Assembly: GCA_010093705.1 (NCBI GenBank)
Contig: MU006122.1
Location: 5,331-69,330 of the forward strand
Direction: 5' to 3'
Source of the DNA: Patellaria atrata CBS 101060
Lineage: Eukaryota
Length of the DNA stretch: 64,000 nt
Shown in pieces: positions 26,680-40,548 of the stretch (the first letter of the stretch is position 1; the number at the start of each line of letters is the position of its first letter). The notes under the pieces are model-generated. The model saw nothing but the letters and a program-made list of their open reading frames with translations. It had not been told where the DNA came from and ran no database searches. The translations under genes were made by a program, and so were the position numbers.

Positions 26680-29600
26680 ATGAGTGCCTACAAGAAAGAC
26701 GAGGACGCGGATGGGTCGATAGTGAAGGTAGACAGGACATCGGTGTTCCAAGAAGGTACCTTGAACATACGCCTCAAGGAATTCTATATCTACTGATACT
26801 TCCTTCTATCAGCTAGAGTCTTTAACTCCTCTCCCATATCTCCTAGAAAATGCCGTATTCTCCTCACAAAGCTCTCCCTACTGTTATTCACGGGCGAGAA
26901 ATTCCCCACGAATGAAGCTACATCCCTTTTCTTTGGAATCTCAAAGTTGTTTCAGAATAAGGACCCCAGTCTGCGACAGATGGTGTACCTGGTAATTAAA
27001 GAGCTTGCCTATACAGCAGAGGATGTGATCATGGTCACCAGTAGTATCATGAAGGACACTGCAGTCGGAAGCGATGTGTTATATCGTGCAAATGCTATAC
27101 GCGCACTATGTCGCGTGATAGATGTACGTATACACCAAGATGTGTTTTCACAGTCGCTGACCGATGTAGGCATCCACAGTTCAAGCGATTGAGAGATTGA
27201 TTAAGACTGCCATTGTTGACAAAACGCCCTCGGTATCATCAGCCGCGCTCGTCTCATCATACCATTTACTCCCAGTAGCCCGTGATGTAGTCAGACGATG
27301 GCAAAGTGAAACCCAAGAAGCTGCTTCCGCATCCAAGTCCTCAGGAGGGTTCTCGTTGGGCTTCGGTGCCTCTAGCAATCAAGCGTCATTAGCAGCGTCG
27401 AACACAAATTTCATGACGCAGTACCACGCAATCGGTCTTTTATACCAGATGCGGTCTCATGACCGAATGGCACTCGTCAAAATGGTCCAACAATATAGCG
27501 CTGCGGGTGTAGTAAAGAGTGCAGCTGCCACCATGCTTCTTGTTCGTTTAGCCGCAAAGCTTGCGGAGGATGATCCAAACTTGAGAAAACCAATGATGCA
27601 ACTTCTCGATGGATGGCTGCGGCATAAAAGTGAGATGGTCAACTTTGAAGCTGCTAAAGCAATATGTGACATGAGAAATGTCACGGATGCGGAAGTAGTT
27701 CAATCTATCCACGTTCTCCAACTATTTTTGACATCACCGCGCGCTGTTACCAAGTTTGCAGCTATTCGTCTCCTTCATAGTTTTGCTTCATTCAAGCCCG
27801 ACGCTGTGAGGTCGTGTAACCCGGATATTGAAGCTCTCATCACGAATAGTAATCGATCCATAGCTACGTTTGCTATTACTACGCTTCTCAAAACCGGCAA
27901 TGAATCGAGCGTTGATCGTCTCATGAAACAAATATCAGGCTTCATGGCCGAGATTACGGATGAGTTCAAGGTCACCATCGTTGAAGCTATTCGTACGCTG
28001 TGTCTCAAATTCCCCAGCAAGCAAGCCGGCATGCTTGCCTTTCTCAGCGGTATTCTACGGGATGAAGGGGGTTATGAGTTCAAACGTGCAGTTGTTGAAA
28101 GCATGTTTGATCTTATAAAATTTGTGCCGGAGAGTAAAGAAGACGGTAGGTGCACCAAAAGCATGATTCTGTCATACTAATTTCTCACAGCGCTCGCCCA
28201 CCTTTGTGAATTCATTGAGGATTGTGAATTCACTAAATTAGCTGTCAGAATTCTTCATTTACTTGGGATGGAGGGGCCAAAGACAGCTCATCCCACAAAA
28301 TATATTCGGTACATCTATAACCGTGTCGTCCTCGAAAACGCGATTGTTCGTGCCGCCGCAGTCACTGCGCTTGCAAAGTTTGGCGTAGGTCAAAAAGACC
28401 CAGAAGTCAAACGGAGTGTACATGTCCTGCTCACGAGATGTTTGGATGATACGGATGACGAAGTTCGCGACCGTGCAGCGCTCAATCTTCGATTGATGGA
28501 AGAGAATGATGATCTAGCATTCAAATTTGTCCGTAACGGCAAGTACTTGATAACTGACGCAACTTCTGGATCCTTTCACTGACAATAAAAAAGATTCAAT
28601 GTTTTCACTTCCGGTTTTAGAGCACCAGCTCGTCATGTATGTCACCTCGAATGGCCGAGATACCTTCACTCAGCCATTTGATCTCTCCACGGTTCCTGTA
28701 GTTACACGAGAACAAGCAGACGCAGAAGATCGTACCAAAAAGCTTACTACGGCAACGCTTACTCTGAAAGCCCCGAGCACTGGGCCCCAAACAGAATCAA
28801 GAAGTAGCGCAGAAGCAGCGGCTTCAGCATCTGCTGCTGCTCGAAAATATGCGGAGCAACTGCAGTCCATTCCCGAGCTGGCAGCATACGGTGCAGTTCT
28901 CAAATCCTCGTCTATCGTCGACCTAACGGAATCCGAAACCGAATATGTTGTCAGTGCAGTAAAACATATCTTCAAAGATCATATCGTTCTTCAATTTGAG
29001 ATCAAGAACACCCTACCAGATACGGTTTTAACGGATGTTTCCGTGATCTCGACCCCATCAGATGAGGGCGAGCCAACTTTAGAAGAGGACTTTATCATAC
29101 CAGCCTCCGAACTTGCCACAGATATACCTGGAACCGTTTATGTTGCTTTCAAAAAACTCGCTGAGAATACCCCATATTTAGTGTGCAGCTTTACCAACAT
29201 TCTTAAATTCACAAGTAAAGAAATTGACCCGACGACGAAAGAACCAGAGGACAATGGGTACGAAGATGAATACCAGGTTGAAGATCTTGAATTATCTGGC
29301 AGTGACTATGTCATGCCGGCATTCGCTACAAGCTTTGATGATGTATGGGAAGTTGTAAAATCCGGCGAAGAAGCAAGCGAGACGCTACAGCTTGGCAACA
29401 TCAGAAGTATTGCTGGTACGTATTATAAATTCTATGAGAGTCAATGTCTCTGAATACCGTTGACTAATGATATTTTCGATGACAGACGCTACTGAACAAA
29501 TTGCCAAAATCCTCTCACTACAACCTTTGGATGGGACAGACCTCGCCCTGAGCCACTCAACGCACACGCTCAAGCTCTATGGTAATACAATACAAGGTGG

Positions 29601-29718
29601 TAAAGTCGCAGCGATGGTTCGAATGGCGTATTCGGCAAAGACTGGAGTGACAATGAAAATTGAAGCACGCTCAGAAGAAGATGGGGTCGCTAGCTTAGTA
29701 GTAGCGAGTGTTGCGTAG
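26680..29718 (+). CDS. SEC21: Coatomer subunit gamma (gamma-COP), multi-exon
   Basis: MSAYKKDED...DRTSVFQE|ARVFNSSPISPRKCR, then LRDEGGYEFK, YIRYIYNRVVLEN and the appendage motif LTESETEYVV. Confidence 0.96.
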
Positions 29719-29767
29719 TTCAAAATGGGCCCAGCATTCTATTGAAATACCTGTTGGTGTGTGTGTT

Positions 29768-29788
29768 GGGGGGGGGGGGGGGGGGGGG
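29768..29788 (+). repeat. Poly-G tract (21 G)
   Basis: Homopolymer 50 bp downstream of the SEC21 stop, preceded by a short GT run. Confidence 0.9.
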
Positions 29789-30304
29789 AAGTACATGCTT
29801 TGTTGCGCTTTCAGCCTACACCATAGGTGGGTTATGGTGTTGAGAGTGATCCCAATAGGATAAATTGTGTCCGTTAGAATACGCTCACATCTATCGTCAT
29901 GATAGACGGTAAAATTGTGTTATGATAAATTTACTGTTGTGTATGGTATATCCCAAAATCAATACACCGAACGCAACACCGGGTACATATTTACATTGAA
30001 GGTGGTTTAGAATATCTAGCGTGGCTGTGCAAGGATCATGAAAGTATCAGCACTTCAAAACTGTATAGATGGGCCAGAGTACTGATGACGGAGAGTCCTT
30101 AAGGTATTTCTCAGCATAAATATGAAAGCGATGACGTACAGTATATGTGTAATGCATGACTCGGCGCCAAGTGGTGATGTTGAACCATGTCGAACTCCCC
30201 TCAGGGTGGAATAATAATAATAAGTCAGACTAAATAGAACACCATTGTATTTACAGGGTACTTTACAGTAACCGAGGATTGCTAAAATGAGAGTCTCATC
30301 ACAT

Positions 30305-32275
30305 CTATACTACAGTCAGGGTATAATTTGCCTCATTACCAGGCACTCTAGGAAATCCTTCTACCGTAATGGTCACATTTTGCCCGCTATTTACCACACT
30401 CTCTAATAATGAACGTCTAAGGATTAAATGAGCTGAGTCCCAGTTGTAATGGCTATCAAATGTCTAGTTTGATTGCGTCAGTTACAGTCATTGTAGGAAA
30501 AACAATATGTTGCACTCACCAGTCGTCCCCTCTGCAGTGGTCCCAGCCATTGAGTCCAGTCATCAACGAGTATACCACCGTCACTTTTCATAGCACGTAC
30601 AGCTGCTGGTTTGGACAATCCCTTCCAGCTGATGGGAATGTATAGGTCTTCGCTAGCATCAACCATGCTAGTTGTTTCTAAGAGGGTTGGAGTGTCCCAT
30701 TGCACTATTCGCAAACAGATGTCGGCTCCTTGTGAGAAGGACAGAACAATTCCGCCAGCTATCCCAATAGAAGACGTAAAGTTGTTCCAACTAGGCCTAA
30801 CAAAGTTCGAGACAAAATTGGATTTGAAGGTAATGGAATCGGACGCCACGAAGTAATCCCAATCTTTCTCCAGCACAATACTTCCAGCTGTGACTTTATC
30901 GAGTGTGTTGCCGTTAAACACAAATGGAAGCTTCTGATCGGTGGGCATTGTGCCCGCATGGTGAAATAAGAATGCAGAGCTGAACTGGCTTTCCGCTGCG
31001 GCATCTTTAGTACTATCTGGAAGACTGTTCACTTCGCCTTTTTGGGCGCTCATCAAAACATCGATAGCAACAGGATCCCGCCAGATATGTACGGTACGAT
31101 CAAGCTGGTCTGCTCCATTGTCCCATAGCATAGTCGAGGTATTATACTTTTTTGCCAAACGAATAAAATGGTCGTAGAATTTCCATCTGGCCGCGGTTTC
31201 TGTGTGAATGGGGGATGCAGACCATTCGCCGATAATCAAAGGAACTTGGGTAAAATTATTGCGCACATTGGCGATGTCACTTTCGAGTGCAGTAATATCG
31301 GCCTCGGAGCCCCAAATGGTCTTACCCCAGGCACCAAAGATGAAGTCATCTAGATGGCAGGTTGATAAGTACGTGTCTTTCATGATCCATGGGTGGTAAC
31401 CAAAAGGAGCATAGGGTTCAACTCACATGGAGAATAGTAGTGATACTGCAATGCCCATGGATTTGAAATATTCATGGGTGGTTTGAACCACTGAGAAGTT
31501 TTTATAGTGTCTTCGCCGAGGCCAACAAGCGTTACCACACGCTGAGCGTTGAAACCGCCAGCATCCTGGATGGCTTTGAGGAATATCTCGTTCATTCTAT
31601 TCTGTTGAGCGGCGTGTTCCGACGTGCTACCGGGGGGCTCATTTATTGGTTCGAACGCAACTTTGGAAGACTTGCATGCTAATTTAACACCGATCTGATA
31701 CCACAACCGATAGAACTTTTCTTCGATCATTTGCACATCAGCATCCGGTTTAGAAAAATCATACCAATTCCAGGAATCGTGATGCACATTGGTGATGACA
31801 TAGAATCCGTACGAGAGGGCCATGTCAATAACATCCGACACCCTTTGAAGCCAATCGGGGTCAACGGTCCAAGTTGGACCATCGGTGATAAAATGGTATG
31901 CCCAGGTTACTTAATCGCGTCAATTCCTTCACTGATGATAAGGTACAATCAATAGTACTTACCTGGTATCCGCACGCTACTGAAACCAGCAGCTCTCGCA
32001 TCTTCGAAGGTTACTGACTCCACCTTGGGATTGTTCCAGTCCCCTTCCGTTTGGATTGCGTCGAGCGTGTTTCCCAAGTTCCACCCTGGATCTGAGGCGG
32101 CTACATAATCTTCCGCTGAGACATGCTCAAACGTGCCTGGGCACTCCGTGCTATTCACTATCTGACGTTGTAAAACCCCTGTGGTCCCTCGCGCACGTGG
32201 GTAAACTTCGTGTGGTTGAGAAGATGAGAAACCTATAAAAAAAGGCGCAAGGACGAAAAGGGATATGCCTCGCAT
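30305..32275 (-). CDS. Secreted glycoside hydrolase family 5 endoglucanase (GH5_4-like) with C-terminal X2/Ig-like modules, 4 exons
   Basis: Signal-peptide-like N-terminus, GWNLGNTLDA, SVRIPVTW, NVHHDSW, acid/base FEPINEP, nucleophile IGEW and LWDNG. The last exon ends PGNEANYTLTVV*. Confidence 0.9.
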
Positions 32276-32872
32276 TCTGATCAAGTACTTAGCGTATGAA
32301 TTCCTTTCTGTCCAAGAAAGCTAAACACTCCTTTGTGATGATGTGCTGAAGCATTGAGGGAAGCCCCCGATTATATGCGAATTATCATATGGTTCTAGAC
32401 GTGCCGACTTAATTTTGGAATACATTGCACGTTTCGAACTAGGGAGAGATTGCCAGATCATCGTATTCCCGGAGTCCAACTACACGAGTTTGAGAGTCAC
32501 CTTCAGCAAAGCAAAAACGGGTGGAGATTGTGGGTGTGATCTCGCTAAGGGAAATTTATATTGATGAATATAAACGATCCCTGTCAAATACGATGTCTAG
32601 CTTGTAGATCAAGACCTAGTGAGGATACATAAGCTTCTAGATTCTATCAAATAAATGCAATGATTGGCCCGGGAGAAGGTTAAGCATTTGATCTTGCGCT
32701 GGGTGCACTCGTAATAGCAGTGGCAAGGAGTCGAAGGTTCACCATTGAACCCAGCCAGTTGGTACCGTACGTAAAAGCTGTGTACAGTACAAGGCATGTG
32801 GAACGCCAGCATTTATAAAAACGTACTATGACTAAATAGAGATCAAAAACAATAGATTTTCTGAGTAAGAAA

Positions 32873-33159
32873 GGGAGAGTATACGGACACTTCAAAACGT
32901 ACTTTTAGACCCGAGCTAACTGTAGGACTACTGTATGCCCAGAGGAGCTATTCAGCAGGAATCTCCATGCGGACAATACATCATTCTATACCAAAATACT
33001 ATGTTTATTCACTCAATGGGATATTATATTTCGTCATAGAACACTTAAGGTATTATCCGTATAGGGATTCCTGCCATAAATCGCTCCTCTAGGCCATACA
33101 GTAGTCCTACAGTTAGTTCGGGTCTAAAAGTACGTTTTGAAGTGTCCGTATACTTTCCC
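32873..33159. mobile_element. 287-bp MITE-like foldback element with ~80-bp terminal inverted repeats
   Basis: 32873-32952 is a near-perfect reverse complement of 33079-33159. GAAA flanks both ends in direct orientation. Non-coding. Confidence 0.75.
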
Positions 33160-34036
33160 GAAAAGGAAATGGAGAAATGATTGAAACAAAAGGATAAGAG
33201 AGGAAAGGGGAACAAGTCGAAGAATTAGAGAGTCAGAACCTCTGAATACGCTAGATTAAGGATTCACGCGGTATAGTACCACGTATAGCGCGTTCACAAT
33301 GATACATTCAACTTTACGATATTCCCTGCCATTGTTTGCCTCATAAATGGGAACAGCCTACTATTCAATGTAATTTCTTCGAGACTGTATGAACCCTGAA
33401 AAACGAGGTCAATGAATCTCGTTGTAGCGGCGTGGCGGGCGTACGGTTAGCTAGGCATTATATAATAAGGGAAGGGTAGATATAAAATTAGGAGCTTAGG
33501 ATCAAATAAATCACTCATGCAGGTAAGACAGACGTCGATTGCAGTACTCACTGGCGATACACATAGTAGATATATGGAACTGAGGAAGTACCAGCAGAAA
33601 GAATACAAAAGGTAGAATGAGACACTAAAGTAATGAGATGGATATATAATAGTATACGTTCTATGTCCTCGTACTCCTATTTTACTGTACGTCTACGCTT
33701 CAAGAGCCCAGGAGCTTTTCGACAAAAGTACAGACCGCCGGAGAAGGCGCACGGGGTTTGGATTCTCTGAAAATCAATATGTGTACAGTGAACGTACAAT
33801 AGTAAGAATAGTCCCATAAACAGCAGGAAGGCAAATATGATTGTGGTTCATTTCAGGCTCCGTCAGCTATCGATTCTCCAAAATCCGTGACATAAAGTTA
33901 GCAAAAGTAAGTTAGTATCTGCGAATGCACAAAATATTTGAAGAAAGTATTGATTGCCTTTGTAGCTCTATTTGGTAGTCTAACGGCAAGTGCAATACGG
34001 TCAATTTCTCACATGTCCTTATAATCTTCTTCACTG

Positions 34037-34680
34037 TCACTCCTTCTTATGGTAATTGACCTTGTCGTTCCAGAAAAGGGTCTGCATAAGCTCATGTTAT
34101 TATGATCCATTTCAATTAGGGGCGCAAACATTGAAATTGGAGCTTGTGACTCGGACTTCCGAATGATTGGCCATATAAGAAAGAGAACCCAAGCTTACCT
34201 TGTCCCCATCTCCCCAGAAGTAGTTCTTAGACCTTATGTTTTGGTACGAATATTCGGTTTTCTCCTCTAACGGCGGTCCGTGTGCGAAATGTTCCCAATG
34301 CTCATTCCACAGAACCCACGCATTAGCGCCCGCGATTATGATGGCAGGAATGACAGCGCTCCAGAGATCGTTAGCCTTATCGCAGGTGAAACGAACAAGG
34401 CTTCTCGCTCAAACAAAATGTCGGGGACCGACTTACTAGATGGAAAGTTTACGCCAGGTGTCTGTTAATTCGTAATGTTAGCAATGGAAGCTACCGTCAA
34501 GCACCTCAGCTTACCGCTTGTCTGCTCTGCATGGTGTTTCACGGCTGCTCTCTCTCGATTGAAGGCATTATCTTGCACACCCGTAAGCTCGCTGGCGTAA
34601 GTGCGACGGATCACAGTACGTAGGGGGGGAATGCGGATGGCTCGCAAAGGAGGCCGCCCGAAAAGATTTCGAGAAATCAT
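34037..34680 (-). CDS. COX13: Cytochrome c oxidase subunit VIa, 4 exons
   Basis: Manual splice: MISRNLFGRP...FNRERAAVKHHAEQTS|DTWRKLSIY|AVIPAIIIAGANAWVLWNEHWEH...YQNIRSKNYFWGDGDK|TLFWNDKVNYHKKE*. Confidence 0.93.
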
Positions 34681-34986
34681 GATTGAAACTGATTGTAGGG
34701 GTCTAAGATTTAATGAAGATTTCAGTATGTTGATGTTCTTCGTCAATTGTTGATGCGTCCTTCGGATGTCAAGAAATGGGGTGAGGTCAGTGAACTGACC
34801 GGCCAAGAATGGACTTGGCAAAATTGGTGCAGTACAATAAGAACCTGCTGACTAAGAACTTAAGAACCAACCACCGAGCCGCCTAAACTAAAAAACCTAA
34901 TCACCCACTCAGGTGGGACAAATACCCTCAAATGGTCAAATTCCGACGGATAGTTGAGTCCTCGTTTTCTATACAAGCCCATCAAA

Positions 34987-37028
34987 ATGCCTCTTCGCAT
35001 TACGACGTGGAACGTAAATGGCATCCGTAATCCTTTCGGCTATCAACCATGGAGCTCGAACCGAACCTTTGGTGCTATGTTCGATATCCTGGACGCTGAC
35101 ATTATCGTTATGCAAGAGCTGAAGATTCAACGGAAAGATTTACAAGATGATATGGTTATTGTTCCGGGATGGGATTGCTTCTTTAGCCTTCCGAAGCACA
35201 AGAAGGGTAAGGGAACATTATTGCAATATAATGCTTGAGTACCGAGCTAACGCAGTAGTTTAGGGTATTCAGGTGTGGCTATATATACCAAGGAGTCTGT
35301 TTGCGCTCCCATCCGTGCAGAGGAAGGCATCCTCGGCGTCCTGTGCCCCCCTGGTTCAAGCACAGCATACAGAGACTCTCCTTCCGAGGCCACAATAGGC
35401 GGGTATCCCTCGCTAGAACAGACCGAAAACTTTAAAACAGATTCCTTGAGTCTCGACTCTGAGGGACGTTGCGTGGTTCTTGAATTCCCCGCGTTTGTAT
35501 TGTTTGGCGTTTACTCTCCGGCTAACAGCAATGGACTTCGTGATGACTTTCGGTATGCTTTTCTCAGCGCGCTTGACATCCGAGTCCGTAATCTGGAACG
35601 CAGTGGGAAGAGAGTCATCATAGCAGGAGACTTGAATGTATTAAGAGCGGAAATTGACTCAGCTCATGCAGAAGAGACTTTGCGCAAGGGAGTATTAAAT
35701 CATGAGGAGTTCATCTCAACCCCTAATAGAAGAATCTTCAACCAATTGCTTGAGGACGGTGAGGTTATCGGTGAGAGGGATAAGGATAGAGAAGAACCAG
35801 TTCTATGGGATATTTGTCGAGGATTCCATCCGACACGGAAGGGGATGTACACACAGTGGGAGCAAAAAATCAATGCCAGGCCAGGCAATTTCGGTAGCAG
35901 GATAGACTTCATTCTTTGCAGCCGCGATATGAAAAGCTGGTTTTTATCAGCGGATATCCAGGAGGGACTTATGGTATGCTTGTCAAGGAATTTCTATGGC
36001 ATTCTTATTGATTATATTAGGGCTCAGACCACTGTCCCGTTTACGCAGATTTGCATGATAAGATCATGCTTGGCGATAATGTTATAGACTGTCAAGACAT
36101 CATGAATCCTGTTGGTACTTTCTTATATGGGACGCGGGTAATATCTCCCAGCACAAGAGAACCTCTCCTTTTATCGGGAAAGCGGCTACCTGAGTTTGAC
36201 ACAACAAAACGTAGGAGCATAAAGGACATGTTCCAGAAGAACTCCAAGTTCTCCCCACTATCTAGTGATGAAAATACGACTACAGGGATAGAAATGTCAG
36301 ACTCGAACTGGAACGCGTCTTTGAAGAATGTAGCGAAGCACTACAAGCGGAAAAGATCTGTAAAGCTAATGGTCGAGGGGAATTCAAAGTCTCGATTATC
36401 CTATACTGCTTCTCGCCCAGGAGACCAGAAATCACTTGAAGACTTTTTTTCGAGACGAGTTAATAAGACCGCTCGTAAACCGCTCGTGCAGCCAGTCCTC
36501 ACAAATAAATTTACTACTCTTTGTGACTCCGTTATTGCCTCAGAGCTCTGTTCTAAGGATTTTCATTACACTAATCCCGACGAATACGGCATTCCCTCTA
36601 CTACCAAACCTGAGATGAGTAACCCGTTTAATCTGAGCATAGATCACGCAATCAGTAATACACGTTCAACTGCACATGGCTCGACCGAAAAACCGAGCTC
36701 GTCCTTTTTAGAGCAGGATGTTAGCCTCGCCGGTCATGCTCAATCGAGTTTTTCATGGAGCAACCTTCTCCGCAAACCTGCACCCCCTCGATGTCAAGGT
36801 CATCATGAACCATGTATCATGCTCGCAACCAAGAAAAGCGGAGTGAATTGTGGCAGGCGCTTTTGGATATGTGCCAGGTATGGATCCATCCCTTTTTTTT
36901 TTTGAATTGAACATATGCGCATTGCTGACTCCATCTATGTTTATAGACCTGTTGGACCCTCCGGCATCAGAGAGTCTGGTTCAGAATGGCGCTGCTCAGC
37001 ATTCCTGTGGGCAAGCGATTGGAAGTAG
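34987..37028 (+). CDS. APN2: ExoIII-family AP endonuclease 2, 4 exons
   Basis: ITTWNVNGIR, MQELK, GYSGVAIY, GDLN, SRIDF and GSDHCPV motifs. PIP box QKSLEDFF. C-terminal GRF zinc finger (C..HHEPC...GRRFWICARP...C). Confidence 0.94.
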
Positions 37029-37170
37029 GAGATCATCCTTTTAATGGACATCAAATTCATAAAACCTATATCAAGTCGCCATATCCTCACAAGAACAACA
37101 CATCTTATTGATGATTGATGTGAAAAGCAGTAAAGTACAAATTTGGCCATAGTAGACTTGATAAAGAATG

Positions 37171-39139
37171 CTAACCCATGATCGTTTGCCAGTGGTTATC
37201 AAACATAACATTGATCCAAAATACATCCTCTTCGCCGTTGTCGAGACGGCGCCAGACCTCTTTGATTAATACTAGCATCTGGCGGAGGGGTTCCGCCGGT
37301 AGTTTTCGACAAAACTCTCTTAGCCGTCCTTCCACAAATCGCCGTGCATACGAGACCTTAGAATCGTTTGCATGGAAATCATAATAGTCCAATGAGGCCA
37401 CATATCTCAATTCAGAAGATGCAGTTACTAGAAGAATTGGTTGAAGGCAGCATGTCCCGGAGGATAGGGGCAAGCTTTCGAGGGTTTTCAGTATATATAT
37501 CGCGAAGGAGTTGACCCAAATTTGCATATCGAGGGGACTATCATTACAGTCAGGGGCAAACTGTGGTAGTCCATACGTGCAACGCCTTTCATCAATTTCA
37601 CTCCCCGAACCAAGGCGTTGCCTGAGAATTTGTGGGAAAATACGATAGATCTCCAAAAGCCCCGCGCACCGGTAAGCTTCCCCAATAGTAATAAAGTGTT
37701 TCTTCGCTGTGTTCTCATCCCCTGGGTCAATCAGATCATCTAGCGTAGGTAATTCAAGTTCCAGAAGCTGTTGTTCCAGCGCGGTAGCCCAAACGAGTTC
37801 CACGTCATCATTCAGTGATATATAATCGCATGCACGATTCCTATTCAATCGCTGCTGACGCACAAGGCGTCCAACTTCAGCGAACAGCATCTGAGTTCTT
37901 GGACACACGCCTGTCCAGGGGTGTGGAAGGATTTTATCCTTCGGTTCGTTGGAGTCCTTGCATCTACTCAGGTTACCAACACCCAACCAGGGATCCCAAA
38001 CATATGTGCAAGATTCCTGAGAAACGAACCCCAACAACATTTCCCAATAAATTAGACTCTCTTTAAAGAATTGGTTATGTCGTTGGGTTGTTTTTTTCGT
38101 CTGAGGGCCTATTCGAGTAAGTTTAGGGTAAATGAGATTTCTCGCCGCATGAAGATGTGCTAGTCCAAGATCTCTGCAATCGTGCCAGGCCGCAGAAAGC
38201 CCCAGCAGCAATATAGCCAATAGTATTCTGTCATTAGGTTGTTTTTCCGTTTCAACTCGTCGTAGTTCCTCATACAAACATGAATATGCACTTTGTTGGA
38301 GCTTGAGCCCGCGAAGTTTCATATGAGGGAATATGTTGGCCAGTTGTGCGGCGGCCATGCTCTGTATAGCATAGTAGATCGAGGGCGTTTCCTGCCATAT
38401 CTGACCAACAGATACTCGAAAAGGGTTTAGAGTTCCGTCATAGGAGGAGAAAACAATGCATACTTCTTTGAAATAATGTTCCACCAGATTTGTTCCAGGT
38501 CCATGTAAAGGTCGGCGGGGATCAAAACGTATTCCAGAAGCCGGGATATGCCAATCAGATGCGTCCGTACGAGCTCTCATATCAGCCTTAAGCTGATCCA
38601 CATATCCCTTGCTACCGTTTGAGTTGCTACTGTCATTGTCGGCATGAATCTCCTTTGGGGGAATATAGCGATTGTTATGTGCCGGGAGACACCGCGTTCC
38701 AGTGTTAGGACCTATATTCGAGTTTGCTGCAAAATTTCCGGTCATGCTTCCCTCAGCTATCCTGAATGCTTCAGCCACTGATGGGTGAGGAAAGCTTGAT
38801 CCCGCAACCTCCCTCTCATCTCTAATACCCCTGAATGGAGATCTCTGTGACTCGGGGTAGGATGTTAACAGTTCATATTTTGTTGACCATTTCAGCGACT
38901 TCTTGTATCCTGGGCAAGTTATGTCGCGGGTTAAACAATTTGTACAGGAGGGCTTAGTTTCATCGCATTTGAGCTATTCACTCATCAGTGTTCATAAATA
39001 CCTTCAAAACGATATCAGGCGCTCTCACCCGCTTATCCTTACAATGCAGACAGCCGTTGCGGGACTTTGCCAGTCTCCGGGCATTATGTGATGTGTAGCT
39101 AGTGTCTTTGTCCGCTACCGCAGAATACACACGTACCAT
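37171..39139 (-). CDS. Zn(II)2Cys6 transcription factor with fungal-specific TF domain
   Basis: KSRNGCLHCKDKR|LKCDETKPSCTNCLTRDITCPGY spans one intron. Downstream motifs HYF..VC...S.YD...NPFR and PHPWTG. Start codon inferred. Confidence 0.88.
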
Positions 39140-40548
39140 TTTGGCCGATTAGAGTGTGACCTGATGAGAAGACAATTGCCTTATATATCGCAGTCTCCAA
39201 GTCTGGAGACGATACCTCAGATACTCGAACTACAGATCAGGCGTCGACGCGGGTTTGATATTTTTCCTAAATAAAGTGATCTTGCCGTGATCAATATTAA
39301 ATAGTCGCACCGGATCAGCATTTATTATTTTGCGGGAATTGGTCGATAAAAGTTTCACGAGATACTCCAGTATCATGCTGTAGTTCAACCAGACTAGATC
39401 TAGAACTAAAACGGGGTAGTTCTATAGAACTGAGATCCGGTTAGAAATCTCTGCTACGTTGTCGAACCCCTCGTTACTTCAGGACCAACTGGATGATCCT
39501 CATTACATAAAGGAAATCAAACAATGATACTATTCGTGCGACTTTACCTATGATCTTACAAAAACTGCCTATACCTCCTCGCGACGTTGAATTTGTTCCG
39601 AATTCGGCGAGAGCGTACAGCAAATACATAGCAGGTACTGTACAGTACAACATAGTTCTTTGCTCTTCATGTCATTTTATAGATTGTGCTCCTTTCGTGG
39701 TACTCCCGATCTTAGAGAAAACGATGGAGTTGTGATCAACTCCTTACAGACCGTAAATCGATAATGTACACTTCTTGCTACTCATACAGCACACGTTACT
39801 CGTCCAACTCCCTCGGAAGCGACCAGGCACTCTGTTACCATCAGTATGCCTCAACCTGTATACTAGGCTAAAAATTGGTGTCAGAGCTGTCAGGTCCGAT
39901 GTGTAATAGATATGCATAGTCAATTTAACTAAATTAGTTGTCCGGTTCAGGTAATTCCTAAGGCCTCGGCTCTCTGCTGCAATAAAGATTAGGACGATTA
40001 GAAAATGAGGGTAAGGGATGGATATCTTGTTGGAACACTAGACGGTAAAGCTCTTTGTTTATCTCTCAACAACCAAAAGGGTCAACCTTAGCAGCGTACG
40101 ACTCATGGTTACTATAGTCCTCTGGGCCCTCTGGGGAGTCCGTTACTACTAAACATAAGGTACATCGTGAGACATATTATGAAGTATTTGACAACCCGAA
40201 AAAGCGTCACATATTGAGTAATATGCGGGTATGCAAACGTCAAGACCAGCTGTAGTGTGGTGTAGAGTCGACACATACCGCTATTCCTCTAATTCAGAAA
40301 TGACGTTCTCTATTAACCTATGCTTAGCTTGGTTCACGACGTTAAGAACACCCATAGTTCGATATGCAAGAAATATAACGGTCATAGCCACGTTCTTGAC
40401 CATAAGTTCCATTATTTACATGTTCGCGATAAGAATCAACAGTAAGCGGCTCCTATAAACGTAAAATGTGGTGTTGGAGTATATTTAAGGAAAGAGATTT
40501 CGTGAAAGACAAGTGTAGACTTTCACCTGCACGTCTGCAAGTAGCGCC

